A stretch of 64,000 bases of DNA, from positions 2,949 to 66,948 of the forward strand of contig CAZLRP010000001.1 of the NCBI GenBank assembly GCA_964562105.1, in the 5' to 3' direction. A program made the position numbers and the translations under genes. The notes under the pieces are model-generated. The model ran no database searches. It had not been told where the DNA came from and saw only the letters and a list, made by a program, of their open reading frames with translations. Positions 1 through 11,489 of the stretch are shown here, piece after piece (positions within the stretch are counted from its first letter, which is position 1; each line of letters opens with the position of its first letter). Source of the stretch: an uncultured Candidatus Saccharibacteria bacterium (GTDB taxonomy: Bacteria; Patescibacteriota; Minisyncoccia; Phycocordibacterales; GWA1-40-21).

Positions 1-342
1 ATAAAAATCCGTCGATTTAGCTTTATTAACAAAGATAGAGGTTTGAACATAAATTAAATTATAAATTTTATTAAATGTTAACAAAGGAAATTATATCATA
101 GCCAAGAGATAAAAAAACATTTATGTCCATAATAAAAAATAGGTGAAAGAAAAATGAGCGACAACCTTTCGGTTGTCGCTCATTTACTTTTTTGTTTCGT
201 TTTCCTTGATTTTCCTTACTTTTCGGCTTTAGCCCCCAACACTATTTTAAATGAATTGATTATCTTTTTATAAAGATAGTTATGTTTTTATTATTTGTTA
301 TTTTATATTTTATGTTAGTGAAATAGTGACGGGACTCCGGCT

Positions 343-392
343 GAAAAATAGTTTAAAAACCGCTTTCGCGGTTTTTAAACTATTTTTCAGCC
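343..392. terminator. Long hairpin after rplB whose arm extends into the last rplB codons
   Basis: ggctgaaaaatagtttaaaaaccgc-tttc-gcggtttttaaactatttttcagcc. Confidence 0.7.
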
Positions 393-1231
393 TTCGCTTT
401 TCCAACCTTTCTTCTTGAAACAACTAAATGATTTGAGTATTTTTTAGGCGTTCTGGTTTTTTGTCCTTTTCCGACATGCTGACCCCAGAGAGTTTTGGCA
501 AATCTCAATCCTCTGCCTTGTCTTCCTTCTCCTCCTCCGTAAGGGTGATCAACTGGGTTCATAGCTGAACCTCTGACTGTTGGTCTAATCCCGAGCCATC
601 TTGATCTTCCAGCCTTTCCAATATTTACAAGCCACTGTTCATCGTTTGAAACATTTCCGATACATGCCCATGCATTTTCTGGAACTTTTCTTATCTCAGT
701 TGATGGAAGCTTGATATGAACATATCCTGCATCATTTGCAACTATTTGGCCAAAGTTTCCGGCAGATCTCACAAGTTTTGCTCCTCCACCAACTTTGACC
801 TCAACATTATAAACAAATGTGCCTACTGGAATTTTCTTAAGTGGCATTCTATTTCCAGGTTTTAATTCCGCAGTTTCTGAAACAACAAATGTATCTCCAA
901 CTTTCATGCCTTTCGGCAAAAGAGTGTATCTTTTTTCTCCATCTTTATAATATACAAGACCGATAAATCCAGTTCTATATGGATCATACTCAACTGTTTT
1001 TATGGTAGCAGGAATATCTTTTTTATCATAAATAAAATCTACATTTCTAAACAGTTTCTTATTACCAGCTCCTTGATGCCTTACTGTGATTCTTCCTCTG
1101 TTGTTTCTACCCCCTTTGCTTTTATATCCTTTTACAAGAGATTTTTCTGGTGAACTAGCAGTAATAACTCCCCTGTAAGTAACAGTGGACATATTTCTTC
1201 TAGCTGGTGATGTTGGCTTATAGAATTTCAT
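380..1231 (-). CDS. rplB: 50S ribosomal protein L2
   Basis: GGRNNRGRITVRHQG, EYDPYR and RPTVRGSAMNPVDHPYGGGEG motifs. Confidence 0.98.
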   Translation of the reverse strand: MKFYKPTSPARRNMSTVTYRGVITASSPEKSLVKGYKSKGGRNNRGRITVRHQGAGNKKLFRNVDFIYDKKDIPATIKTVEYDPYRTGFIGLVYYKDGEKRYTLLPKGMKVGDTFVVSETAELKPGNRMPLKKIPVGTFVYNVEVKVGGGAKLVRSAGNFGQIVANDAGYVHIKLPSTEIRKVPENAWACIGNVSNDEQWLVNIGKAGRSRWLGIRPTVRGSAMNPVDHPYGGGEGRQGRGLRFAKTLWGQHVGKGQKTRTPKKYSNHLVVSRRKVGKAKAEK

Positions 1232-1249
1232 ATTATTATTTTATGATGA

Positions 1250-1549
1250 TTATATGAAAGCTATCTTATCTCCCTTTTTTAAGAATACAAGAGCTTTTTT
1301 TACAGCTTGTTTGACTCCTTTTCTGCCTCTGGCTGTAACATTTTTTGCTGGTAAATTTACTATGTTAATTTTTATTGGAGTAACTTTGTATATCATTTGG
1401 ATTGCTTCTCCAATAGTTTTCTTTGTTGCATCTTTTGTAACTTCAAAAGTATAAACGTTTTGGGATTCAGATTTGATTCCCGCCTTTTCAGTGATTCTTG
1501 GCTTCTTTACGATGGACAAAATATGATTTTTTTCTTGTGTGTTTTTCAT
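1250..1549 (-). CDS. rplW: 50S ribosomal protein L23
   Basis: PRITEKA, YTFEV and KKALVFLKKG motifs; position between rplD and rplB. Confidence 0.96.
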   Translation of the reverse strand: MKNTQEKNHILSIVKKPRITEKAGIKSESQNVYTFEVTKDATKKTIGEAIQMIYKVTPIKINIVNLPAKNVTARGRKGVKQAVKKALVFLKKGDKIAFI

Positions 1550-1669
1550 AATGATTTTACGAATTAACGAATTATACTAATGATACGAATGTTTACGAAT
1601 GAATGCATTTGAATTTTTGAGTTATTTGTAGCCATTTGTATCATTCGTTCCATTCGTATATTTGTATGT

Positions 1670-2434
1670 TTACCTTGCCATTTTAGCCTCCATAAATTTA
1701 ATTGAATCTGCAGGATTCTCAATTACGAGATACTTCATATTCAATAAATCTACTGGGTTTATATTTCTAACTTCATCGACTTCTACATTTCCGATATTGG
1801 CAAAGCTCTTTTCAAAAGCTGGTTTTTTACCCGAAATGGCAATGATTGCGCTGTTATTTTTCTTGCTGAATATATCCGAAGCTGTTTTTATTTTGCTTAA
1901 AGAATTCAAAATTCCAATTGCTTCTGCTGTTTTTGGTTTTGCTATTTCAAATTTATCTACAAAAAGTATTTCTCCGTCTTTTAGTTTTCTGGAAAGAATA
2001 GTGTAAAGTGCTTTTATTTTCATTTTTTTGTTTATCTTCCTGTCATAGTTTTTCAATCCGTTTGGACCATGAGCAATACCTCCATGTACCCAAATAGGTG
2101 ATCTTGTAGAACCATGTCTTGCGCGCCCTGTTCCTTTTTGTTGCCAAGGTTTCTTACCACCTCCCGAAACTTGCCCTCTTGTTTTTGTATGAGCATAAAT
2201 AACCCTGCTGTCTGAAAGCATTGAAGTCACAACTTGATGAACAAGGTCAGCATTCCAAGAAAGTCCAAAAACATTTGCAGGCAAACTTATTTCTCCGACC
2301 TCTTTCCCACTTTGATTGTAGATTTTTGCAGGAGATATTTCAGGAATTGTTTTTGTTTCTTTTGGAGTAGCTACTTTTTTTATTTTAGTTACAGCTTTTT
2401 TAACAATATTCTTTTTTGTTGTAGTTTTTTCCAT
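1670..2434 (-). CDS. rplD: 50S ribosomal protein L4
   Basis: TKTRGQVSGGGKKPWQQKGTGRARHGS motif. Confidence 0.97.
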   Translation of the reverse strand: MEKTTTKKNIVKKAVTKIKKVATPKETKTIPEISPAKIYNQSGKEVGEISLPANVFGLSWNADLVHQVVTSMLSDSRVIYAHTKTRGQVSGGGKKPWQQKGTGRARHGSTRSPIWVHGGIAHGPNGLKNYDRKINKKMKIKALYTILSRKLKDGEILFVDKFEIAKPKTAEAIGILNSLSKIKTASDIFSKKNNSAIIAISGKKPAFEKSFANIGNVEVDEVRNINPVDLLNMKYLVIENPADSIKFMEAKMAR

Positions 2435-2438
2435 AGTT

Positions 2439-3044
2439 TTATCCTCTGATTTCTACGAGAGTGCCTCTTCTTCCAGGTACTGCGCCGCTAATCAAAAGCT
2501 GATTATTTTCCTGATCGACTCCTAGGACTTTAAGATTTTTTACTGTGATTCTATCTCCCCCGGTTCTTCCTGCCATTCTCATATTCTTTGGAACTTTATT
2601 TCTCAATCCTCCCCCGATAGAACCAGGTGCGTTTTCACAATGTTTCTGTCCGTGGCTTCTTGGCTGTCCTTTGAAACCATGTCTTTTGATAACGCTTTGA
2701 TATCCTTTTCCTTTTGAAATAGCTGATACTTCAATTACATCTCCCGCTGAAAAAGACGAAAGATCTATCTTATCTCCAACTTTATAGGCCGATACGTCTG
2801 GAACGCAAAATTCTTTCAAATATCTCGCGTTCACGCCGTTCATATGACCTTTCATAGGCTTATTTATATTTTTCTCTCTTTTTTCTCCACATCCGATCTG
2901 AACGGCACAATAGCCGTCATTCTCCTTGGTCTTTACTTGAGTAATAGGAGAAGGTCCCGCTGTCAAAATAGTGGCAGGATGAACTTTTCCGCTCTCATCA
3001 AAGACTTGAGTCATATTCTGTTTTATTCCTAGTATGAATTTCAT
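2439..3044 (-). CDS. rplC: 50S ribosomal protein L3 (start placed at MKFILG)
   Basis: GYCAVQIG, SKGKGYQ, HGQKH and GAVPG motifs. Confidence 0.96.
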   Translation of the reverse strand: MKFILGIKQNMTQVFDESGKVHPATILTAGPSPITQVKTKENDGYCAVQIGCGEKREKNINKPMKGHMNGVNARYLKEFCVPDVSAYKVGDKIDLSSFSAGDVIEVSAISKGKGYQSVIKRHGFKGQPRSHGQKHCENAPGSIGGGLRNKVPKNMRMAGRTGGDRITVKNLKVLGVDQENNQLLISGAVPGRRGTLVEIRG

Positions 3045-3125
3045 TCTGTTTTGATTATAGATAGAGGACCACAAACCAAAATTAAAATGGTCTGCGGTCA
3101 TATCCCCTGTAAATATTTAGATTTA

Positions 3126-3512
3126 TTAGATCATCTTAACATCAATATTCACCCCTGAAGGCAAACTGATATTCGTGAGAGCTTCAATAACTTTAGCGTT
3201 TGGATTTATTATATCTATAAGTCTCCTATGTATCCTCATCTCAAATTGTTCTCGCGCATTTTTGTAGACAAAAGATGCCCTGTTGACTGTATATTTTTTA
3301 ATATCCGTAGGCAAAGGTACTGGACCTACAATTTTTGCATCATGCCTTAAAGCTGTTTCAATTATTTGCTTGACTGAGGAATCCAATATTTTGCTGTCAT
3401 AGGCCCTAACCCTTATTCTTAAAATAGAAGACGCCTCTCCTTTAACAGCTACTTTTGCCGCTTTTGTTTTTGATACTTTTTTCGTATTCCTTTTTACTGC
3501 TGTTTTTTCCAT
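3126..3512 (-). CDS. rpsJ: 30S ribosomal protein S10
   Basis: GPVPLPT, REQFEMRIHRRLIDI motifs. Confidence 0.97.
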   Translation of the reverse strand: MEKTAVKRNTKKVSKTKAAKVAVKGEASSILRIRVRAYDSKILDSSVKQIIETALRHDAKIVGPVPLPTDIKKYTVNRASFVYKNAREQFEMRIHRRLIDIINPNAKVIEALTNISLPSGVNIDVKMI

Positions 3513-3676
3513 TGATTTTTAATGAACGAATGTGAGTATAAAAATCATGGCCCCGTCAAATGCATTTTTATTTGACTGGGCTGCCCCAGTGAAATATTTT
3601 GCATTAGCAAAATAAAATTTATTAAAATTTTATTTCACAGGGCGTAGAAAATATAGTCGCTACGCTCGTTATTTTC

Positions 3677-4879
3677 TTACGCAATTATTTTCGTTATAAC
3701 TCCAGAACCAACTGTCTTTCCTCCCTCTCTAATAGCAAACTTCTGTTTATTTTCCATAGCAACTGGAGCAACAAGTTTTACTTTGAAAGTAACTGTGTCT
3801 CCCGGCATAACCATTTCTACTCCTGTAGCAAGCGTAACGTCTCCCGTTACGTCAGTCGTTTTCATATAGAATTGTGGCTTGTAACCTGTAAAGAACGGCG
3901 TATGTCTTCCACCTTCCTCTTTCTTTAATACGTATACTTCAGCTTCAAATTCTGTATGCGGAGTAATGGAACCAGTTTTTGCCAACACTTGTCCTCTGTG
4001 CACATCTTCTTTCTTTGTACCACGAAGAAGAACTCCGGCATTATCTCCAGCTTGTCCTTCTTTGAGCTGTTTATTAAACATTTCTATACCGGTGATAGTT
4101 GTTTTTGATGTTGGTTTGATACCGACAATTTCAACTTCTTCTCCGATTTTTATTATTCCTCTTTCAATTCTTCCGGTAACAACTGTTCCTCTTCCTTCAA
4201 TTGAGAAAATGTCTTCAATAGGCATAAGGAATGGCTTGTCAACATCTCTTACTGGGATTGGTATATATGTATCAAGCGCGGTCATAAGGTCAGTAATACA
4301 TTTTGCACCTGCATCATCTGCTGTTTTTGCCTTTAGAGCTTCCGTAGCTGAACCCCTTATGATAGGAGCTTTTTCTCCATCAAAATTATATTTGGTCAAA
4401 AGTTCTCTAACTTCTGCTTCAACAAGATCCAAAAGTTCTGCATCCGGAACTAGGTCAACTTTGTTTAAGAATACTACTATCTTTGGAACCCCAACTTGGT
4501 TTGCCAAAAGAATGTGTTCTCTTGTTTGTGGCATAGGACCATCAACTGCTGAGACAACAAGAATAGCACCGTCCATTTGAGCGGCTCCTGTAATCATGTT
4601 CTTGATGTAGTCAGCGTGACCCGGACAGTCTACGTGAGCATAGTGTCTTGAGTCTGATGAATATTCAACGTGAGAAATAGCGATGGTAATGATTTTTGTC
4701 GCATCTCTTCTTCCAGCTGATTCTGAAGCTTTTGCGATTTGATCGTAAGCTTTTTCATTAGCCAAACCTTTGAGCGATTGCACGTGAGTAATCGCTGCAG
4801 TCAAAGTTGTCTTACCGTGGTCAATGTGACCAATTGTACCGACATTTACATGCGGTTTATCTCTTAAAAAATCTGCCAT
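3677..4879 (-). CDS. tuf: Elongation factor Tu
   Basis: [40 protein letters not shown]. Confidence 0.99.
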   Translation of the reverse strand: MADFLRDKPHVNVGTIGHIDHGKTTLTAAITHVQSLKGLANEKAYDQIAKASESAGRRDATKIITIAISHVEYSSDSRHYAHVDCPGHADYIKNMITGAAQMDGAILVVSAVDGPMPQTREHILLANQVGVPKIVVFLNKVDLVPDAELLDLVEAEVRELLTKYNFDGEKAPIIRGSATEALKAKTADDAGAKCITDLMTALDTYIPIPVRDVDKPFLMPIEDIFSIEGRGTVVTGRIERGIIKIGEEVEIVGIKPTSKTTITGIEMFNKQLKEGQAGDNAGVLLRGTKKEDVHRGQVLAKTGSITPHTEFEAEVYVLKKEEGGRHTPFFTGYKPQFYMKTTDVTGDVTLATGVEMVMPGDTVTFKVKLVAPVAMENKQKFAIREGGKTVGSGVITKIIA

Positions 4880-5194
4880 ATTTTTGTTATTTTAAAAACA
4901 GGATGCGCGAAAACTTTTACCCTATTTTTAAAACAGTTTTGATTAATTCCCATCATTCACCTACCTGCTCAAGGCTAAGTATGCGAACTGGGAAACTTAT
5001 AAATTACGACTTGCAACTAACGTGGGCTTCCATTACAAAATAAAAACCGCACAGTGCGTACCCGAAATAGTAGCAAAAGAAAAGTAAAGAGTCAACCTCA
5101 AGACGCAGACTGATGCGGACTTAACGCAGAACTACGCGGGACAAACAAAGAGCCTTCGCAATAAATTGCGAAGGCTCAAAAGAAATAGGTTTTA

Positions 5195-5869
5195 TTACGG
5201 CATCATACCTTCAAAGATATTTTTGTCTATACTTGACTTCTCAAGTTTATACGTGAAACAAAGAAGGTAGTCATTACTGTCCCAATCATGCCTGGAACAA
5301 ATGGGACGGAATTCAAAGTCATTGTTAGTGCGCGGAACCCATAAAGACGGCATGTTTAAATCAACATCAAAACGATTCCATCGATTCTCCTCATCAAGAG
5401 ATGTATACCAGTGACCTTTAGGCAACTCGTCACGTTTTTGTTCAAAGACAAGTGAGACCCCCTGAACACCTAGAAGAATCGCATTCTTACTTTTAAGAAA
5501 CATCAGACGTTCATCTGATGTTGTTCTACCAGAGATAATTTGTTTCAACACGGAAACATGAAGTTTATCGCCCGGCTTCAAAATCTGAGCCGGGTCGTCA
5601 AACCTATCATCATCAGCAATAAAATCGCTATAGAAAAAAAACTTTTCTTTGTTTTTTTCCTTAAATAACTTTAATCTCGTCTTGTGTTCGTAATCTTTAG
5701 GTACAACAATGACGCCGAGATCTTTTAGAAGAACAAATCTTGGTTTTTGCTCATCTATGATTTTTTGAAAAACATCCGCAACCTTTATTGGGTCACGCTT
5801 CCCATTAAGCACTAAATTGTTAATGGAAGCTTCCAACTTCCACAGTCTTGCAAAAGCATCATTACTCAT
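5195..5869 (-). CDS. Hypothetical protein with a C-terminus resembling DGR-target (CLec-like) proteins
   Basis: 224-aa ORF with GGAGG SD; C-terminal ...DFEF...DWDSNDYLLCF pattern; family assignment from recollection only. Confidence 0.6.
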   Translation of the reverse strand: MSNDAFARLWKLEASINNLVLNGKRDPIKVADVFQKIIDEQKPRFVLLKDLGVIVVPKDYEHKTRLKLFKEKNKEKFFFYSDFIADDDRFDDPAQILKPGDKLHVSVLKQIISGRTTSDERLMFLKSKNAILLGVQGVSLVFEQKRDELPKGHWYTSLDEENRWNRFDVDLNMPSLWVPRTNNDFEFRPICSRHDWDSNDYLLCFTYKLEKSSIDKNIFEGMMP

Positions 5870-6139
5870 GACCTTCCTCCTTTTTATAAAATATGCCCGC
5901 TACTCACAGGCATTTACTGAATCTAAAGAAATCAAAGCATAATTTAAAATAAATGGCAATCAAAATGCGGGGCAGCCTTCGGCTGCCCCGCATTTTGTAT
6001 TTGTTATTTTCTTATTACTTCGTCGCCGGTCACAGGTATTTTTCTGCTGAAAAATCCCGCGACCCCGACTCGCGCCGTCGCGCTCCGTCTCACACAAAGC
6101 AAAAGAAAAACACCCCATAAATCATAGGGTGTTTTTCAA

Positions 6140-8296
6140 TTATTTGCTTTGTGTGCCCCTCACTTCAATAATTTCTTTGGCTACATTAGGAGGTACTATT
6201 TCATAGCTTCCGAATTCCATTGTGGACGAAGCTCTTCCCTCTGAAATTGACCTCAAGGTGGTAACATAACCGAACATTTCAGCAAGAGGAACATTAGCTC
6301 TGATAACTTTATTCATTCCTCTGTCAAACATTTCAGTTATTTGTCCTCTCCTTGAATTGATGCTTCCCGAAACATCTCCCATGAATTTTTCTGGAGTAAC
6401 AACTTCAACTTTCATTACAGGCTCAAGGAGAACCGGTCTTGCTCTTTTTGCCGCATCTTGAAATGCCATGGACGCTGCAATTTTGTAAGCGATTTCTGAC
6501 GAGTCAACATCGTGATATGAACCGTAAGTAAGTTCGCAAGAAATATTTACCATTCTATATCCGGCAATTACTCCTCTTTCCATGCTCTCTTTTACTCCTT
6601 TTTCAACTGCTGGAATAAATTCTTGCGGAATAACTCCTCCTTTAATAGAATCTATAAATTCAAAGTCATCGTATCTGCTAACATTCTTAGGAATTTTCTT
6701 GCCTTCCTCAAGTTTTTGCATCGGCTTAATTTTAATGAGAACGTGACCATATTGTCCTTTTCCTCCAGACTGTTTTATGTATTTTTCTTCTTTTTCAGCT
6801 TCTCCGGTAATTGTTTCTTTGTAAGCAACTTGTGGTTTTCCAACATTTGCTTCAACTCCGAATTCTCTTTTCATTCTGTCTACAAGAATTTCGAGGTGAA
6901 GTTCTCCCATACCTGCCATAACAGTCTCTCCCGTTTCTTGATCCGACTTGATTTTAAATGTTGGGTCTTCATCCGAAAGTTTCTTCAAAGCAAATCCCAT
7001 TTTTTCTTGGTCAGCTTTTGTCTTTGGTTCAATTCTAAGAGTAATAACCGGTTCTGGAAATACAATTTGGTCAAGAATTATCGGATTGGCTTCATCGCAA
7101 AGAGTGTGAGAAGTTTTCGCGTTTTTCAAACCGACAGCCGCCGCAATTTCTCCGGCAAAAACAGTCTCCACTTCTTCTCTGTCATTTGCGTGCATTCTGA
7201 CAATTCTTCCCAATCTTTCCTTTTCTCCGGTTGTTGAATTGTAAATATAAGTTCCCGAAGAAATACTTCCGGAATAAACTCTGAAATATGTAAGCTGTCC
7301 TACAAAAGGATCATTTTGCAATTTAAATGCCAGAGCGCAAAATGGATCTTCATCAGTTGCATGTCTTAAAACTTCTTCTCCATTGTTTGGATTTATTCCT
7401 TTTACTGGTGGAATATCAAGCGGGGAAGGAAGATAGTCAACAACTGCATCAAGTGTGAGTTGAATACCTTTATTTTTCAAAGCCGAACCTGTAAATACAG
7501 GAACAATCGTATTTGCAATGGTTGCTTTTCGGAGAACTGCTTTGAGCTCATCGATGGGAATCTCTTTTCCTTCAAGATAATCGTTCATAAGCTTTTCATC
7601 ATTTTCAGAAATTTTTTCTACAAGCTCAAGCCTGTATTTTTTTGCATTTTCCAAAAGTTCGGCAGGAATTTCTGCTTCTCTGACAACTTCTCCCATTTCG
7701 CCTTCAAAGTAATAGGCCTTCATTTTTAAAAGATCTACTATTCCTGAAAAATCAGATTCTGAACCAATGGGAAGCTGCATTCTTACAGCATGTTTTGTAA
7801 GTCTTTCCAAAATTGATTGAAATGATCTTTCAAAATTTCCTCCTGTTCTATCAAGTTTGTTTATCAAACAAATTCTTGGAACATTTCCTTCGTCAGCATA
7901 TCTCCAGTTTGTTTCTGATTGAGGTTCCACTCCTGCGACTCCGTCAAAAACAACTACGGCTCCGTCAAGAACTCTGAGTGAACGCTTAACCTCTGCGGTA
8001 AAATCAATGTGGCCGGGAGTATCAATGATATTGAATCTTACTTTCTTACTAAAATCGGTTTTTGGCATGTACGAAGGATTCCAAAAACAAGTAATAGCAG
8101 CTGACGTAATGGTAATACCTCTTTCTCTTTCCTGTTCCATCCAGTCGGTCGTAGTTTCTCCTTCGTGAACCTCACCGATATCGTGCTGAGATCCAGTGTA
8201 ATAGAGAATTCTTTCCGATGTGGTTGTTTTTCCGGCATCAATGTGAGCAATGATTCCAAAATTTCTTACTTTTTCTAATGGATAATCTCGTTTCAT
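6140..8296 (-). CDS. fusA: Elongation factor G
   Basis: [38 protein letters not shown]. Confidence 0.99.
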   Translation of the reverse strand: MKRDYPLEKVRNFGIIAHIDAGKTTTSERILYYTGSQHDIGEVHEGETTTDWMEQERERGITITSAAITCFWNPSYMPKTDFSKKVRFNIIDTPGHIDFTAEVKRSLRVLDGAVVVFDGVAGVEPQSETNWRYADEGNVPRICLINKLDRTGGNFERSFQSILERLTKHAVRMQLPIGSESDFSGIVDLLKMKAYYFEGEMGEVVREAEIPAELLENAKKYRLELVEKISENDEKLMNDYLEGKEIPIDELKAVLRKATIANTIVPVFTGSALKNKGIQLTLDAVVDYLPSPLDIPPVKGINPNNGEEVLRHATDEDPFCALAFKLQNDPFVGQLTYFRVYSGSISSGTYIYNSTTGEKERLGRIVRMHANDREEVETVFAGEIAAAVGLKNAKTSHTLCDEANPIILDQIVFPEPVITLRIEPKTKADQEKMGFALKKLSDEDPTFKIKSDQETGETVMAGMGELHLEILVDRMKREFGVEANVGKPQVAYKETITGEAEKEEKYIKQSGGKGQYGHVLIKIKPMQKLEEGKKIPKNVSRYDDFEFIDSIKGGVIPQEFIPAVEKGVKESMERGVIAGYRMVNISCELTYGSYHDVDSSEIAYKIAASMAFQDAAKRARPVLLEPVMKVEVVTPEKFMGDVSGSINSRRGQITEMFDRGMNKVIRANVPLAEMFGYVTTLRSISEGRASSTMEFGSYEIVPPNVAKEIIEVRGTQSK

Positions 8297-8581
8297 GTAT
8301 TTAATATGCGAATATACGAATTATGCGAATGATACGAATGGCTACAAATAAATACGATGAATTTTTATCATATCTATAATAGTTTTCGTAAGATTATTAT
8401 ACTATATTCATATTTAATTAATTGTTGATAAAATAATTTAAGTAATTTTAATTTACTTTTTTCTTTTTATTTTTAGTGAGATGCGAGGCGCTGAAAAAAT
8501 TTGTGACTAAAATGTACGTTGGTACATTGCAGAAACAAATTTTTTTAGCAACGAAGCAGATTGCAAAAATTAAAAGGAAAT

Positions 8582-9052
8582 TTACCAGGCGAAGTGAGCA
8601 AAGGCTTTATTGGCTTCTGCCATCTTATGAGTATTCTCTCTCTTCCTTACCGCATCTCCTTCATTTTTTGAAGCAGAAATTATTTCCGCAGACAATCTTT
8701 CCGCGAGCGGTGAACCTTTCTTGCTTCTCGCCGCTTCTATAATCCATTTCATGGAAAGTGTTGCTCTTCTTTCAGGTCTTACTTCCACTGGAACTTGGTA
8801 GTTTGCCCCTCCAACTCTTTTTGATCTGATTTCCATATTTGGAGCCGTATTTGAGAGCGCAAGCTCAAGAATTTCAATAGGATTTTTAACTTTCGCTTTT
8901 TCCTTAATTATTTCAAGAGTATCGTAAATAATAGTTTCGGCTGTACTTTTCTTACCACTGTACATAACATAGTTTATAAGTTTTGAAACTTTTGCAGATT
9001 GATATTTATAATCTGGCTTTAACGCTTTCTTTGTTTTTAATTTTCTTCTCAT
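8582..9052 (-). CDS. rpsG: 30S ribosomal protein S7 (start placed at MRRK)
   Basis: [26 protein letters not shown]. Confidence 0.97.
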   Translation of the reverse strand: MRRKLKTKKALKPDYKYQSAKVSKLINYVMYSGKKSTAETIIYDTLEIIKEKAKVKNPIEILELALSNTAPNMEIRSKRVGGANYQVPVEVRPERRATLSMKWIIEAARSKKGSPLAERLSAEIISASKNEGDAVRKRENTHKMAEANKAFAHFAW

Positions 9053-9180
9053 GCGATTGATTTTATTATGAGCGTAGCGAATTTTAAAATCATCGTCCAG
9101 CCCCACTTTTAATCATTAGAATATTCTAAAAAATAAAAGTGGGGCTGGATTAATAAAATATAGTCGCTTCGCTCCTTATT

Positions 9181-9594
9181 TTATTTAACTTTCGGTTTTT
9201 TTGCACCATATTGGCTGCGACCTTTCTTTCTTCCTTCTACTGCAGTAGCATCGAGAACTCCTCTTACTATCGTGTATCTGATACCAAGGTCTTTAACTCT
9301 TCCGCCTCTTAAAAGAACGACTGAGTGTTCTTGAAGTGTATGTCCCATTCCCGGGATATAAGCGGTGACTTCCATTCCATTCGAAAGTCTGACTCTTGCG
9401 ATCTTTCTGATAGCTGAGTTTGGTTTTTTCGGCGTCTTTGTCGTAACTTTCACGCAAACTCCCCTTTTAAAAGGAGAACAAAGTTTCGTCGGTCTGTTTT
9501 CCAGAGTGTTAAAACCCCTCATCAAAGCCACGGCTTTCGGCTTTCTTGGAGCAGTTTTCCTGTTTTTCTTAATTAATTGGTTTATTGTGGGCAT
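9181..9594 (-). CDS. rpsL: 30S ribosomal protein S12 (start placed at MPTINQL)
   Basis: [23 protein letters not shown]. Confidence 0.98.
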   Translation of the reverse strand: MPTINQLIKKNRKTAPRKPKAVALMRGFNTLENRPTKLCSPFKRGVCVKVTTKTPKKPNSAIRKIARVRLSNGMEVTAYIPGMGHTLQEHSVVLLRGGRVKDLGIRYTIVRGVLDATAVEGRKKGRSQYGAKKPKVK

Positions 9595-9922
9595 ATTTGT
9601 TAATAATTCAAGCCTAGTAATAAAATAAAAAGCTACAGAAATATTTCGCTTCCTTAGTGCAAAATACCTCCGCAACTCATTTGTAATTCAACTCTAGTCT
9701 TCTAAAAGCAAGCTTTTATTAGACGGAACACTTGCATACAGCCAAGTAGCTAATGTGAAAAGATAATATAATAAAATACCAAAAAAAGCAACCTTCGACT
9801 GAATCTAGAATGTAAAAGTTAGAACATAGAAATTAAAGTAAAAAATATAAGAGGAGAATTTTCGCTTTGCGAAAATTCTCCTCTTATATTTTTACCAAAT
9901 CCTATATTCTGTCTTCTGTATT

Positions 9923-10537
9923 CTAGCTAATTCCCGTTATCAACTTAAATAGAAAAAATATAATTGGAGATATAATATTCGGCAAAAGCATAACCATAAG
10001 CAAAATAATTAATATTCCGTATTTTTCTGATAAATTATAAAATGTATATTTTGCCTGTGTCGGAAGAAAAGCAAAAAGGATTTTTGATCCATCAAGAGGA
10101 GGAATTGGCAGTAAATTAAAAACGGCAAGACTCACGTTTATAAGCACGACTAAAAGAAATATGCCAATAAGAGGTGACGAAGAATAGTCAGAATATAATA
10201 ATCCCCTGATTATTAGCCCGAAAACAACTGCTACAAAAATATTGGAAGCTGGTCCGGCAAAAGATACAAGGGGTTCGGCTATATTTCTATTTTTTAAATT
10301 ATAAGGATTATACGGCACAGGTTTTGCCCAGCCAATCATAAAAGGTGCATTTAGTAAAAATAAGCTTAATGGCAAAATAACAGAACCTAACCAATCCAAA
10401 TGTTTAATCGGGTTAAGGGTAAGCCTTCCTTCATACTGTGCAGTTTTATCGCCAAAAAAAAGGGCCATGTATCCATGCGATATTTCATGAATTATTACGG
10501 AAAATATAAGTATTAAAATTTGTAAGACTACATCCAT
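9923..10537 (-). CDS. Site-2 protease (peptidase M50)
   Basis: HEISH zinc motif and NLLPIPPLDG. Confidence 0.93.
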   Translation of the reverse strand: MDVVLQILILIFSVIIHEISHGYMALFFGDKTAQYEGRLTLNPIKHLDWLGSVILPLSLFLLNAPFMIGWAKPVPYNPYNLKNRNIAEPLVSFAGPASNIFVAVVFGLIIRGLLYSDYSSSPLIGIFLLVVLINVSLAVFNLLPIPPLDGSKILFAFLPTQAKYTFYNLSEKYGILIILLMVMLLPNIISPIIFFLFKLITGIS

Positions 10538-10590
10538 ATATTGCGTTTTTGCAGGATTATGATAGCATGAGAGACCATAAAACTAAAATC

Positions 10591-10836
10591 ATGGCAAAAA
10601 TCTGTCCAATAACAAAAAAGACTTCAATAATGTGCGGTGGCTACAGCAACGCAACTCGTGCTACACAATTTAACCCTACAGGAAAAGTAAGGAAGCAAGT
10701 CAATTTCCAAAAGAAAAGAATCTACGTTCCTGAACTTAAAAAAACCTTTGTTTTGGATATTTCAACAAAAGGCATAAAAACCATACAGAAAAATGGGGCA
10801 TTTGCTACCCTGAAAAAGGCGGGAATAATTAAATAG
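10591..10836 (+). CDS. rpmB: 50S ribosomal protein L28
   Basis: MAKICPITKK...NFQKKRIYVPEL...ISTKGIKTIQK. Confidence 0.9.
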   Translation: MAKICPITKKTSIMCGGYSNATRATQFNPTGKVRKQVNFQKKRIYVPELKKTFVLDISTKGIKTIQKNGAFATLKKAGIIK

Positions 10837-10958
10837 GTTTTAGTTTTTAGCTTTTAGGTGTCAGTAAATTCAAATACATAATACAAAAGAGCGGCGCCTA
10901 CGGCGCCGCTCTTTTGTATTTCCTAAAACCTAGAAACTAGAACCTAAAACCTAATTTA

Positions 10959-11378
10959 CTATTTCTTTGCAGTAGTAGTCGTAGCCTGATCTTCCACATA
11001 TATTGGACCGACATTTACTATAATATTCCTTTCTGGTGAATATAATATAGCCTTGAGAGCTTTTTGATAAACAAGGATAACATCTCCATTTTGTGCGCCT
11101 TTATAAAATACTTGGTCTTTTATCAAAGCAGCCGCATCATTTATTACATTGACCACTGGATCTTCACCCGTCGGGAGAACTATGAGCTTACCTACTTTTG
11201 CAACAAGTTCTTTTACTTGGGCTTGTTCCATTTGGCTTGCTACATCAACCGAACTTTTTACTACATATTTATTCCATGAATAAAATGTTCCGGCTCCTAC
11301 CAACATTCCTATTACAAACCATGCGACAATTGGCATTAGTTTCTTTTTACCAATTTTGATATTTTCTACCATTTCCAT
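10959..11378 (-). CDS. Hypothetical single-pass membrane protein
   Basis: ORF with an N-terminal hydrophobic helix; start uncertain. Confidence 0.7.
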   Translation of the reverse strand: MEMVENIKIGKKKLMPIVAWFVIGMLVGAGTFYSWNKYVVKSSVDVASQMEQAQVKELVAKVGKLIVLPTGEDPVVNVINDAAALIKDQVFYKGAQNGDVILVYQKALKAILYSPERNIIVNVGPIYVEDQATTTTAKK

Positions 11379-11489
11379 AAATTTTATTTTGTCTATTATT
11401 TTATTAAAACAGGACACAAAAACTAACAAAAGCATTATACAGCATAATAAAAATAAATAAAACTTGACATTAAGTTGGCAATCTAAAAA

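Noticed and set aside
1-379. rpsS not directly following rplB
   Set aside because: The window edge prevents assessment, and spaced-out ribosomal clusters are unremarkable given the other intergenic inserts here.
1550-1665. Short repeats as a possible CRISPR array
   Set aside because: No constant repeat with unique spacers of regular length, and no cas genes in the window.
3966-7729. Long plus-strand ORFs opposite tuf and fusA
   Set aside because: Antisense shadows of conserved genes; the same applies to those opposite the P-type ATPase, recJ and rny.
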